From Gracilinanus agilis (taxonomy: Eukaryota): a DNA stretch of 64,000 nt. Under the pieces are notes generated by a model that saw only the letters and a list, made by a program, of their open reading frames with translations, did no database searches and was not told where the DNA came from. This document shows positions 48,101 through 60,089 of the stretch, in pieces; the first letter of the stretch is position 1; each line of letters starts with the position of its first letter. Both the position numbers and the translations under genes were made by a program. The stretch lies in assembly GCF_016433145.1 (NCBI RefSeq), contig NC_058131.1, positions 121,827,092 to 121,891,091 on the forward strand, written 5' to 3'.

Positions 48101-49799
48101 TCCTAGACTGTCCCATGACTCTGCTTAACCCTGCCAAAGTACTGGACAGAAATAGCCTGAGCCTCTTTCCCCTGGTATAAGGAATGGTGTACTTTTTACC
48201 CAAACTGCTTTAGTTGTTTGAGAAAACATGTGCTTGAAGACAATGAAGTCAATAGTGAAGGTGGCACACAAACATACTTTAAGGTTAGCAGTCACCAAGT
48301 AGGTTGATGCCGATAAAAAGAAAATAGTGTCAGATAGATGTGTCATTGCAAACATAAGAATACTAGCTATTACTGAGAAATGGGGAATTTTTGCTTCCCA
48401 CCTGAAGAGTACAGCCAAGCAGTATTTGGCTGGCCTGAGGCTTAGAATCTCACTTACAATAAAAAATGAGTGAAATAAAGAGCTAATAACACAGAAGCAA
48501 TTTGCTAACCCACATGTGATGACCAATGGCACCAGAAAGAGCCCCTTGAAGGAGTTTGAAAAATAAAACATCTAGGAATAAAATGGTAAAACCCTGACTT
48601 TTTCTTGGATGGAAACCAACCAACAAATAAACCAACCATTGATGAAAACTTTCGTAGTGAGATGGGAAAGAAATGTAACTTAAAGGTGCATAAAGAAATA
48701 CAAATAGAAAGGACATGGAGAGAAACATTTAATATTTAGTCATGTTAAAAAAAAAAAACTAAACTCATGGGTGCAGAATTTCTGGTCAAACTGGAGCCCT
48801 CTGGCATTTCCATTCAGGTACTTGTGCAGCCAATAACTACTTCCTGTTTCATGGGGAAAATGTATTTCTAAAAGCCCATTAAATACTTTTTTGGATTTTC
48901 ATACATTTCAGAGTATTTAAATAATATTTCTACAGCTCAAGACTAAATTAATCAAAACCATCTGCAGGTTATTTCTTTCGATATTTATGGGTTTTAAAAT
49001 GAGGTTTCAGAACTCCAAATCTCTGAGAAAAAGTAGGTGGGACTAATCACTTGATAAACCACTAAATGTGGACATATTTCCTATTCATAGCAATTATCCA
49101 CAATCAACTTTAGGAAAGGAATGCCTAAAAGTAAACATGAATTTAGTGACCTGATTGTTTATGGCCATGGAAATTATTCAAGGAGTCTTCCTTGTCCTGA
49201 ACCTAGGTCAGCATTCAGCACTTAACGGTGTCTGGTCCATAACTGGTATTTTAGAAATGCTGGCTTCATTGGATTGGGTGGAATTGGTAATAGTTTCTTC
49301 CCATAAAAGTCTTCTGCCTCCTCCAGTTCAGGGAAGAAGCTTCTGATTTACTAATATAATTTCCTGAATCAACCTACTTTTCCTTTTCACAAAGTTACTG
49401 AACACACCAGACAAGGCAAAACCTACCTTTGGAGTTCTTGCAGACTAGGGGACAGCAGACAATGGCAGCAGTGTACGTTCACATGTCTACAAACAAACAC
49501 ACACAATGCACGTTGGAGACACAATCTCTTTTCCTGGCCAATTTAGGAGCCATAACTAAATCGAATCCTCGTCTTTCTAGCATAGACCACAAACTGAGTA
49601 TATAAAATGTAATTTAATTGGCCAAAATGGATACCCAAACCCCCAACCTATGTTCCTAATTCCCTGAGGGAAAAAAAGAACTGATCCACTCTGAATAAAA
49701 GAAAAGAAAAGAAAAGAAAAGAAAAGATTTCCTTATGGTCTCATCTCCAGAAACAGTAGGGTTTTCCTAACATCATATCTTGATTCTGGCTGTCCCATC

Positions 49800-50135
49800 C
49801 TTTTGCTGGGGAATTGTGGGCAGCTGTGTGCAGTTTTCTTCATCTGAGAGAGGCACACAATACCTGAGGCTCTATGTGGAATCACCTGTGATTAATGCAG
49901 GGAACTCCAGCTGGCTCATATTTAAATGAGACTCATAGAATGTTGGTGTTCGATGGTGGTTTTATTGCCTGGTCAGAGAGCACTGTAATCTGCCCAGGGT
50001 TAAGAGCTAGAGCAAACACACTTGTGTTTATTTAGGAAAGCAATTGGAGACATTTCATGACTTGTGACAAATACAAATTCTTTTTTCTGGCTGCCTTTAT
50101 GACACAGAAATAGAAAAAGTGGCAAGTGTGTAGTT
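49800..50135 (+). other. Copy 1 of a diverged duplicated non-coding element
   Basis: Collinear with 53233-53575. Shared blocks: AATCACCTGTGATTAATGC, CTCATAGAAT, TAATCTGCCCA, GGTTAAG, CTAGA-CAAACA and TGCCTTTATGA-ACAGAAA. Confidence 0.85.
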
Positions 50136-50469
50136 CTCTACAATCTATTGCAACCACTCCTATTACACAGGTCATTTGGCCCAAATTGAGGCATCTGCCT
50201 GGTTTTTCCTCTTCCTTAACTCCACTTCAAGGGAACAGAGAAAGGAAATGGTTATTCGTCTGATATCAAAGCCCTACAGAGTCACTCTTAAGGCAGAGTG
50301 ACCAGTGGGTTATATTAGGTTACTCTTTAAGTGTATTAACTATACTACCATGATGGAACCTTCCAACCATGTTTGATTGTTCATTATGAAATATCCTTTT
50401 CTTTCCCAAGGGCTCCAAATGCTTACCATTGCATTCCAGGGCTAACAACAACAGTGACAAAAACAACAG

Positions 50470-50660
50470 CTAGCCCTTATAGAATGCTTTAAGGTTTGCA
50501 AAGCAATTTGCATACATTATCTCTTTTGAACCTCACAACAACTCTGTGAAGCAGGTGCATCAGGTATTATTATGCCCAATACACAGATGATGAAACTGAG
50601 ACTCAGAGACCTTAAACTTGACTCACAGCTAGTCTCAGGGTTCAAGATTTGAACACAGGT
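50470..50660 (-). mobile_element. MIR-type SINE relic
   Basis: CAGATGATGAAACTGAGACTCAGAGA CORE motif. Many similar relics, e.g. 2090-2170, 11400-11540, 38760-39030, 47050-47200, 52460-52700, 57240-57430, 61500-61680. Confidence 0.7.
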
Positions 50661-51063
50661 CTTTTGTATTATAAGAACAACAAACGATGGTGCCCATGCT
50701 TAGGCAGATTGAGTAAGAAATCATATAAACCATGGATTGAGTGTCAGATTGAGATTTTTTTTTCTTTTAAAGTATGTCATGTTCAAAGAACCTCAGGTTC
50801 TATTCCTAATTCTGCCATGTTATGATGACTCGGGAAAATCTGGCCATCTCTGGTCCTTAGTTTCCTTATCAATAAGACTAATATTTTTGGTCTGCAAATG
50901 CTCTAAGGTCCCATTTAACTCAATGATTGTTTCTTTACATGATTTATTATATGAAGGAGTCTACTAATCTCAAAATTGGATTCTCCAGTAACACAGAAAT
51001 GCTCCAGTTTTTTGAAGGTCCCAGGAGCTCTAAAAGTGATAATTCTTGAAATATCAGTTCAAA

Positions 51064-51385
51064 ATTAGGCATGATGGCATACCCTTGTAATTTCTTCTTC
51101 TGGGGAGACTGAGGCTAGCGGATAAGCTTGAGATGTCTAAGCTACAAGAGAACTAAAGTCAGTCAGGTGCCAACACTAAGTCAGGTACCAATATATTGAG
51201 CTTGTAGGAGCCAGGGAGCCACCAAGTTGGCTAAGGAAGGACAAACTGGCACAGGTGGGAAATAAAGCAAGTCAATCAGTAGTGGGATGGAAGGAAGGAA
51301 GAAAGGAAGGGATTATGAAGGGAAGGAGGAAGGAAAGGAAACAAAGAAAAAAGAAAGAGAGAGAGAGTCCATTAAAAGCCACTGC
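51064..51385 (+). pseudogene. Highly diverged 7SL (SRP RNA) retrocopy, interrupted
   Basis: Collinear with recalled 7SL: GAGACTGAGGCT, CACTAAGT, CAATAT, CCACCAAGTTGGCTAAGGA, CAGGTGGGAAA, ATCAGTAGTGGGAT (to 51290), then AGCCACTGC at 51377-51385 after a purine-rich insert. Confidence 0.8.
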
Positions 51386-53232
51386 TAAAACTTTGATTAT
51401 GCCATATTGGTATGTAATCTAGAACTGCCTAAATGATGACAATGATGACCCTTGAGACATCCAACCTACACTTACCTTGAAGCTGAGTGGTTGTTCACCA
51501 TTCTGGAATTGGCATCTAATTTACACAGAATGGGATTTTGTGGTTATTTTCAGTTATTGTCAATCATCAATAAAACATCTGCAGGCAACTTTTGCAATCA
51601 AATATAGAAGTAAAGCTGAGAATGAAAAAGAAGGGTACTCCCCTAATATCACTAGCAAGAATGGGAGTAATAGGCATATGGGAAGAGAGAACAAAAAAAT
51701 GGTCCCAAGGCAGTCTTGATCATTTTTGATATTTTCATTCCCTGCGTTGAATATATGAAATTTGCAATCATTAATGCCCATTTATAGAAAGAAGTAAGGA
51801 AAAGTACAGTACCAGTAATTTTTTTTACCATATTTCAAGCTTTTCTTGTTCTCTAATTTACTACTATTGAATTGACCTATAATTGAACTGAAGATGGGTA
51901 AGGTCTCAGATAAAAGTCTGGGATCTTCACTTTAACACTTTGTTGTATCCAATTTTGAAGCAATGGGATTTCCCACTTAAGTACTAATTATGTATTCTGG
52001 GGCTATAAAGACCCAGAAGACTCTTCATCCCTCCTTTTAAGGAGTTCATCTTTTCATGGAGGGATAGAAGATGGGAACATTTAAATATATCATAAGATAA
52101 ATGGAAAACAGAGAGTTACTAATAACATACAAGAGAATCAATCAGAGAAAGTTTCACAAAGGAGATGGCACCAAAACCCAAACTTAATGACAAACAAGAA
52201 ATAAAGAGAGTAAAAGGGAGTGAATTCCAGGAACTGGAAGGTGGTGGTGGCAACCAGAGATAAAGTCTAATTCAGGGAATAGCCAGCAAAGCAGTTTGGC
52301 TAGAATATAGCATTAGTGAAAGAGAACAGCACAAAATTAATCTGGATAGGCAGCTTGAGTCCGGATTGTAGAGGGCCTTGAAGGCTAAGTTAAGGTATTT
52401 GTGTTTTTATCCCTAGGGGCAATGGGAAGCCACTGCAGGTTTTTGAAGAAAGAAGTGACATGTCAGTGAGAGTGCTGGATCTGGAGTTAGGAAGACCTGC
52501 ATTTATATCCGGCCTCATAAATTTATTAGCTTTGAGCATGGGCAAATGATTTAACCTCTTCCTGCCTGTTTCCTCAACTGTAAATGTGGATAATAATAAC
52601 TCCCAGCTCCCAGAGTAGTCATGATTATCGAATGATATAATATTTGTAAAGTATTTAGCCCAATACCTGATATATAGTAAATTCCATATAAATGCTAGCT
52701 ATTTTTGGTGGTGCCTTTTTCAAAGCTGGGCCTTAAGAAGATAAATCTGGCTGCTATAGAAAGGGTAGAATGGAGAGGGAGAAATTGGAAGCAAGAAATC
52801 CATTTAGGAGCCTATTCCAAAAGCCCAGGCAAGAGAGGATGGGGGTCTTAACTAGGATAGTAACTTTGTGAGTGGAGAGATATGATACAGACGATGTTGA
52901 GGCAGAACTGGTAAAACCTGGCAACTGATTAGACATGGCTAGTCAGGGTGAGGAAAAAGCTATAAATGACTATTTGCCAAGAGGAGGTAGTATCCAGAAG
53001 AGAGGAAGTAATGGAAAGAAGGGGTGGTCAGCAGAGTTAAAAGTAAAGAAGGCTCAAAGAAGATGAAGATAAAAGATCAATGGATTTAGCAATTATGAGG
53101 TCCTCTTGGATAGGACAGTTTTAGGCAAATGATGGTATTGGAAGGCAGATTTGCAAGGTATTGAGAAGGAGTGGGGAAGGAGGGAGGAGAAAGCAGGGTG
53201 AGGAAGTCCATTATGATTCAGTCCATTCTACA

Positions 53233-53575
53233 TTTTTGGGAGGAAACTTTGGGCATGTTTTCTAGCCTTACGCATATGAGAGAGATACATAATATGCAAG
53301 CTCTTCTAAATCACCTGTGATTAATGCTGAGAACCTCAGTTGGCACATGTTTAAAGGATGCTCATAGAATCCTGTTGCTTGATCATGGTTTTTCAATTCC
53401 CTAGCCAAAGAGGACTATAATCTGCCCACAGGTTAAGGACTAGAACAAACATGCTCCTATTTAATTAGCAAAGAAATCACAGATATTTCACACTATGTGA
53501 TGAATATGAATTCTTCTTTGTTGAATGCCTTTATGATACAGAAACAAAAGAAAAGGATTAAGAGTATAGCTTTAA
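53233..53575 (+). other. Copy 2 of a diverged duplicated non-coding element
   Basis: Same blocks in the same order, about 3.43 kb downstream of copy 1. Confidence 0.85.
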
Positions 53576-54036
53576 ATCAAGATTGAGGCCTGTCATTAGA
53601 TAATGTACATTTTTTTTAACTACTTAATGAAATTACAGTGAATGGTAGTTTATCCAAAATGGTCAGGGAACAGTGTCCTGATGAATGGAATAATAGGGCT
53701 CAATTAATTTTTAAAATATAATGGGACAAAACACACTGAAAATAAAATTTTATCCCTTTTTGTAAACATCAGAATCTTGTGAGGCCTCAGGGTTTTAATT
53801 CTCACTATGTAGGACTAAAATTAATTTTTATCATTTAAGTATTCTGATCAGTTGGATTCTGACTCAATGAAAGTGTATTTGTCATAGGGCAGAAGATTTC
53901 CAAGATTCCCTACAGAAATGGGATTTGGGAAGAGAGATACTTTGGATTAAGATTCAATTTATTTCAATAGCAAAAGTTTATGAAATACCTACTAGGTGCT
54001 TGTTGTGGGGAATGGGAAGACAAATATTAAATAGCC

Positions 54037-54240
54037 GGAGGGCAACTAGGTGGCTCAGTAGATGGAGAGCCAGGCCTAGAGAGATGGGAGGCCCTGGGTA
54101 CAAATCTGGGCTCAGACACTTCCTAGCTTTATGATCCTAGGCAAGTCACTTAACTCCCATTGCCCAACCCTTGCTGCTTTTCTGCCTCAGAGCCATTCAC
54201 AGTATCAATTCTAAGATGGAATGTAAAGGTTTAAAAAATA
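54037..54240 (+). mobile_element. SINE-1-type SINE
   Basis: Head GGAGGGCAACTAGGTGGCTCAGT; TSD ATTAAATAGC on both sides. Confidence 0.88.
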
Positions 54241-55639
54241 AATTAAATAGCTGCCACCCTCAGGTAGTTTACTTTCTTGTGGGCAGGAATTGTAACAGGT
54301 ACATAAATTAATATGGTTCTAAGAGAATTGAGAAGGAAGAGAAAACAATTGGAGGAATCAGGGAAGGCTTTTCAGAGGATTTGTCTCTTCCCATCTCATA
54401 GGGGACCTGATGGAAAAGAGGGATTGAGAGGCAGAAATGAGGCAAAAAGTGCATTCCAGACTTGGGGAATGGATCATGCAAATGGAAGGAGATGGAATGG
54501 AAAAAGGAGTTTGGAGCTTGGAAAATAGCTACTAATTTGTTTTTACTGGAAAACAGTTGACAAGGCAAACAATATAAACTATTGCTGGGGAAAGTCACTG
54601 TACTCCTTTAAATCTTTCTTTGCCTTTAGTAGTACCAGCCTCCCAAACCCAAATGTGTGAGACCAGGAAAGACTGAGTGAGCTAAGAGCCTGGAGGTAGT
54701 AGCTAAATATCTAGTGCTCATCAGGCCTTTCTACAGGAAGGGCAGACTATGCTCTTGTTTCAAGGCAGCTTCTGAGAAATCCCTTTCCTTCACCTACACT
54801 GATGTATAGTGAATCAGTCTTTTATGGTTTGGGGGTAAGGAGCTCACAGATGGGTTTATCGCTGACCTCAGAACATGAGACCCCTAATTTTTAAGATCAT
54901 TAAATTCCATTTTATTTCTTATGAATCTATTTTCACCTTTATTCCCCTCTCCTGCCTCTTTGCTTTAAATACCACCTCCCACTTGGTGATATCTCACCAA
55001 CTAGGCAATTATGTGAATGGGAGTTTGAACAAGTCAGATCTGATATCGGTTCACATCTTGTATGTAGGGTCACTGCCTGGATTAACATTTGGTCCTGATG
55101 GTGGAGGCAGCAGTGAGTGACTGCGCTATAATTGCTTTCAAGTGGATTGCCAAGGCAGAGCCCAGCAGGAACAAGAGAGGAGAAACCACTTTGTGAAAGC
55201 AGTTGAGCCTTTCCATTCCTCAGCTAGCTTTCATTCCTCTTTAAGTCAGTATCTAAGGATTCAAGGGCTTAACCAGAAATGGTAGAAATTCATTTTGGGT
55301 TTATGACCTCAGAAGATTCTTTTTCTGGGAGAGAGATCTTTCCCACACGCAACTTACCTCAGACTATCACAGTCTGGCTATTAGATCACTGGATTTAGAT
55401 TTGTATTATTATATATTATTTTTAATAACTGGAAGGGATTTCAAAGGTCCTCATTTCTAACCTTCTCATTTTACAGATGAGTAAACCAGGGCCTTAAAAC
55501 ATAAAATGATGCCTCAAACCCTTACTAGCAACATGACCCTGAGCAAGTCTTTTATCTTATACCCCAGTTGCCTAGCTCTTACCACTCTTCTGCCTTGGAA
55601 CCAATGCTGAATATCAATTCTAAGATGGAAAGCAAAGGT

Positions 55640-55674
<35 letters not shown>

Positions 55675-56974
55675 GAAGTAAAGAGATGCTCCAGGTTATA
55701 TAGAGAAGTAGAAAAGCAAGAACATGAAAACGAAATTCTCCAACTCCAAATACAGTGCCCTTTTCACTATGTCCTTCTGACTCTGGCATAATCAGAATTC
55801 TGCCACTAAATAAATAGCTATGTGATTTGGGGCAAGTCTCTTTTTTTCTTGGTGACTCAGTTTCCTCATCTGTGAAATGAAGACAATATCACCTTTCCAG
55901 TCTTGTCTCATATTGCCTCCCTTCATATGCTCTCTACTACAACCTGAACAACTTCTTGTCTCCCTCTCCTCCCCAAAAAATGCTCTGTACTCCATGACTT
56001 TGCTCATGATATTTGCTTTGCCTACAATGGCTCCCCCCCCTCTTCTCTATTCAATTTCTATCCTTGCAAATCCGAGAAAAAAAGCGATCTCTTCCAGGAA
56101 GCTTTCCTTGAGCTCCCTAGTCAATAATAACTCTTACTCTCAGACTTGACACCAGCACTTTGTTTTGTAACCTGCTGAGTACTTGTTGTATACTATTGGG
56201 TTTTACTCATATGGCTTATTAGACTGCAAGCTCCTTAAGGGCAAGGACTTTGTCTTGACCAAATTTTGTATTTTCCTCAGCACCAAGGACAGTGTTCACA
56301 GTGGATGTTTAATGAATACAGGTATTCCTTCCACTTGACAGGATTTAGGGACATGTTACTGCTCTGATCTGGAAATTCTGAGTGAAACTTTTTGGTTTTC
56401 CCTTCATACCAGAGAAGACATTTGCTTTTTCCCCTTTTTCTTTTATGGGATGTTTACAGCACCTTATTTTAAAAGAACTTAATGGGTTAAGTATATGGTC
56501 AGAGGCTAGATGTAGGTCAATAATAATATTTCTAGCCTTTGCACGTTTGCTGGTTTTCAAGTTAGTTTTGTAAACTTTAATTTTTTTACTTATTTTAACT
56601 TTAAAAAAGAAATGGTGTATATGATATTAAAAGATGAAATATGTTGACATTATTTAATACTATACATATGTCTTAAGGATTTCTGAGTTTCTAAACTTTT
56701 TCTGAGTCATCTTCTGGTCTTCCTGTATTATCTTCAGTTTCTATATCACTCCCCCAAATTCCTGTTTAATTTCCTATGCCAACCTGTGATATATCAAAAC
56801 TGCAATGGGGTAAATCACAAGGTAGAAGGGATACCTGTATTTTATATTTGCCCTAGAAATATCGAAGATGAATTTAGAGTCAAAAAGGACAGGAAATAGG
56901 TGGATAGGGGGTTTGATAGAAATATCACTTCATCAACTAGGTTGCACAGGGGATAGAGTGCTGAACCTGATATT

Positions 56975-57226
56975 ACGTAGCTGCTGTTCAGTCACATAAG
57001 ACTATTCACGACCCCATTTGGGGTTTTCTTGGTTGGCAAAGATACTGGAATGGTTAGCCCTTTTCTCCTCTGGCTCAATTTGGAGATGAGGAAACTGAGG
57101 CAAACAGGCTTAAGTGACTTGCCCAGGGTCACATAGGTAGTAAGTATCTGTGGTTGGATTTGAACTCAGGAAGAGGTGTCTTCCTGATTTTAGGCTCAGC
57201 ACTAACCATTTTGCTACCTATCTTCC
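56975..57226 (-). mobile_element. MAR1-type SINE
   Basis: Same composite as 17459-17705. Confidence 0.8.
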
Positions 57227-58464
57227 CTAGAAAATTAGGAAGTCTTGAGATCAAATCCTGCCTCACATACTTATCCCACCTGCAAGCCTGGGCAAGTCAC
57301 CTTTCTGTGTTAGTTCCTCAGCTATAAAGTGGGAGACATAATACTAGTACCTTCCAGAATTGTTGTAAGGATAAAATGAAATGTGTGTAAAGAGCTTTTT
57401 AAATCTTAAAACTTTATATAAATGCTATTTATTATTAGTCTATTATTTTCATACCATCATTTAGGTAGCTCAGGCCTTGACACATAGTAAATGCTTTATT
57501 TTTAATTCATCAGGATAGCCAATGATCTTCAGAGTTCTCCCTCTACATCTATCTGAAATTGTTAAGAAATTTTGTCCATGTGCTTGAAGAGTAGGTAAAG
57601 GCTTCCGTTAGGTATGTGATTTATCTGTCATACTACCTAATGAGGAATTTAGTTTTAAACCCTTCCTTGAAACATCTGTTGCATTTCAACCCCCAAAGTG
57701 TAAATAACAACAAGAAAAAAGCAGCATCTGGAGGGGAAGTGAAAAAGATATGTGCCCATAAAAATTTTTTAAAGGAGAGAAAAAAATAGTGCTATTCCTC
57801 ATACTGAGCATTTGATCACTAAAAATCATGTACTAGAGAATGCTCAGGAAGCCATTTGATTAATGGGCGCTGGTGGTCTACCATCTGCTCTGGAGTACCC
57901 GCCTTTGAATCCCAGTGCCCCTTGCTGGGTCAGCACTTTTCTTCCATGGTGCTGAGAAGTGACTTTCTCCTTCCCCACAGCCCCCCTTCTTCCTTTCTCC
58001 TTTTCCCCTCCCCCCTGAACCGGCCTTTGCTTCTAGGAAGGAAGGAAGAAATGGTCCATGAAGTTTCATTTGCCTTGGAAAAACAGAAACATCTTCAGAG
58101 AAATGACAAGCAGCTTGCTGCCAAAGCTCAGCACAGAAGGGAAGCTGTTGGAGCCACCATTCTGGCCTCTTGGGACCCAGGCCCTGGCTGGAGAGGCTCC
58201 GAGAAATTTAACTGGAGGCACTAGGGTAAGTGTAAGAACCCAGAGAGGAACAATGTTTGAGGAAGAGAAAAATGGGTCCATTTGGACCCTCACACACTCC
58301 CTGGACTGAGAGTTTTCCCCTTTCTTGTATTTTCTTTCCCCCACTCCCAGCCTTCCTCACTCCTATGAATTGACTTTAGTTTCCTGAAATTATCTTGGAA
58401 ATGGTCTAAAACAAGTCACCAAGCAACAGGCATTGCTGTGGAAATCATAAACTCTCAAAAGAAA

Positions 58465-58656
58465 AGATACTTACCTTCTATCTTAAAATCAGTGCTCTGT
58501 ATCCCTTCCAAGGCAAAAGAGTGGTAAGGACTAGGCAATAGGGGTTAAGTGACTTGCTCAGGATCACACAGCTAGGAAGTGCCTGAGACCACATTTGAAT
58601 CTAGGACCCCCTATCTCTAGGCCTGGCTCTCAATCCACTGAGTCACATAGGGGCCA
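58465..58656 (-). mobile_element. SINE-1-type SINE
   Basis: GGCCTGGCTCTCAATCCACTGAG and GGGGTTAAGTGACTTG motifs in reverse orientation. Confidence 0.85.
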
Positions 58657-59164
58657 CTCTTTCATCTAAATTAGATAAAAGGAGGAAATAGGCAGGATAG
58701 GGTCCAAAGAAAATGGAACTCCCTTAGCCCAGACAGTTGCTATAGGCTCACTTGTCAAATAAATGTTGAGGGAAAGAGGCCTTTCCTGGATAGCTCCAAC
58801 CCCAATTCACCTTTGCAGGTGGCTCTCCCAGCTTCCTGAGAGCCCTAACACCAACCTCCCCTGAGAGGAACAGAAAACTTAGCAAATACTCCTTGGAATT
58901 ACTCAGTTGGATGCAAAATTTCCAGGCAGTTGCCCTCAGATGGTCAGTTAACAAGCATTTATTAAATGCTTACTATACCAAACAGTTTACTAAGCACTAA
59001 AATAAAAAAATTAAAAATTGAGCCCTATCTTCAGGAATCCAGTATTCCTAGAGATATAGACTAGAATGAGCTTGCTACTGTGCTGTCTTCCATCTCCTAT
59101 TCATTCCCCTTCTCACCACTGGCAACATGAAGTCTCCTGGCTATTAGAATCATGGCTGGGTAGA

Positions 59165-59427
59165 GTATTTTTCCCTCCTTCTTAAAAGATCCTACTTTCC
59201 TCTCACATCTTTCAGATTCCATTTTAGAAATGTGGCTTTGGATGTTGGGGTCATATAGACTTCTTAAGCAAATCACTTTCATCATCTGTAAAATAAGAGG
59301 GTTAGACTCTATTATTTCTGAAATTCAGTTGAGGGATGGAACCCCAACATCCAAAGCCACATTTCTAAAATGGAATCTGAAAGATATGAGAGGAAAGTAG
59401 GATCTTTTAAGGAGAAGGGAAAAATAC
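59165..59427. repeat. Inverted repeat, 87-bp arms, 89-bp spacer
   Basis: 59165-59251 equals the reverse complement of 59341-59427 with 3 mismatches (hand alignment). Confidence 0.95.
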
Positions 59428-59874
59428 CATGATCTAATATAAACAGCCCCCAATTAGAAATCAGGAGTCTTGGGTTCAAGTCTCCCCATTGTAATTAGCT
59501 GTAGGATCCTGGGCAAGTCAATTTTTAAAAAAAATCCAGACAGTCTCCTTGTTGATGAACTGAGTTATTTACTAAATATAGCAGTTGTATTATATTAGGT
59601 GATTTTATGGTATCTTTTAGCTCAAGCAATCTACAAATCTATGAGTATACTTTTAAAAATGCTTTCTTTTTTTAGGAACAACTCTAAGGCAGAAGGGCAA
59701 GGATTAAGCAAATGGGGTTAAGTGACTTGCCCATGGTCACACATCTAGGAAATGTCTAAAGCCAGATTTTAACCAGGTTATCCCAATTTCAGAACTGGTG
59801 CTCTAACCACTATACCACCTAGCTTTCCCAAATATTCTTTCAAATTAAAAAAAAATGGAAGGAAGGGACTATAT

Positions 59875-60089
59875 AAGTGATAGCCAACCTTTTAAAGTCT
59901 GAGGGCCCAAACTGCACCCTCATGCTGCATGTGAGCCACCCCCTTACCCCAGACAGAGCAGGGAGGAAGTGCTTCCATTGGGCTGCTGGGCAGAAGGACA
60001 GATGAAGTGAAAAATGTCCTTAGGTATGGTGAAGAGGGGAAAGGGGAATAGCCCCCTCTGGCACGCATGCCATAGATTCTCCAACACAG
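59875..60089 (+). mobile_element. hAT MITE family B (215 bp)
   Basis: Perfect 8-bp TSD GACTATAT (59867-59874 and 60090-60097). Ends AAGTGATAGCCAACC and GATTCTCCAACACAG. Confidence 0.88.
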
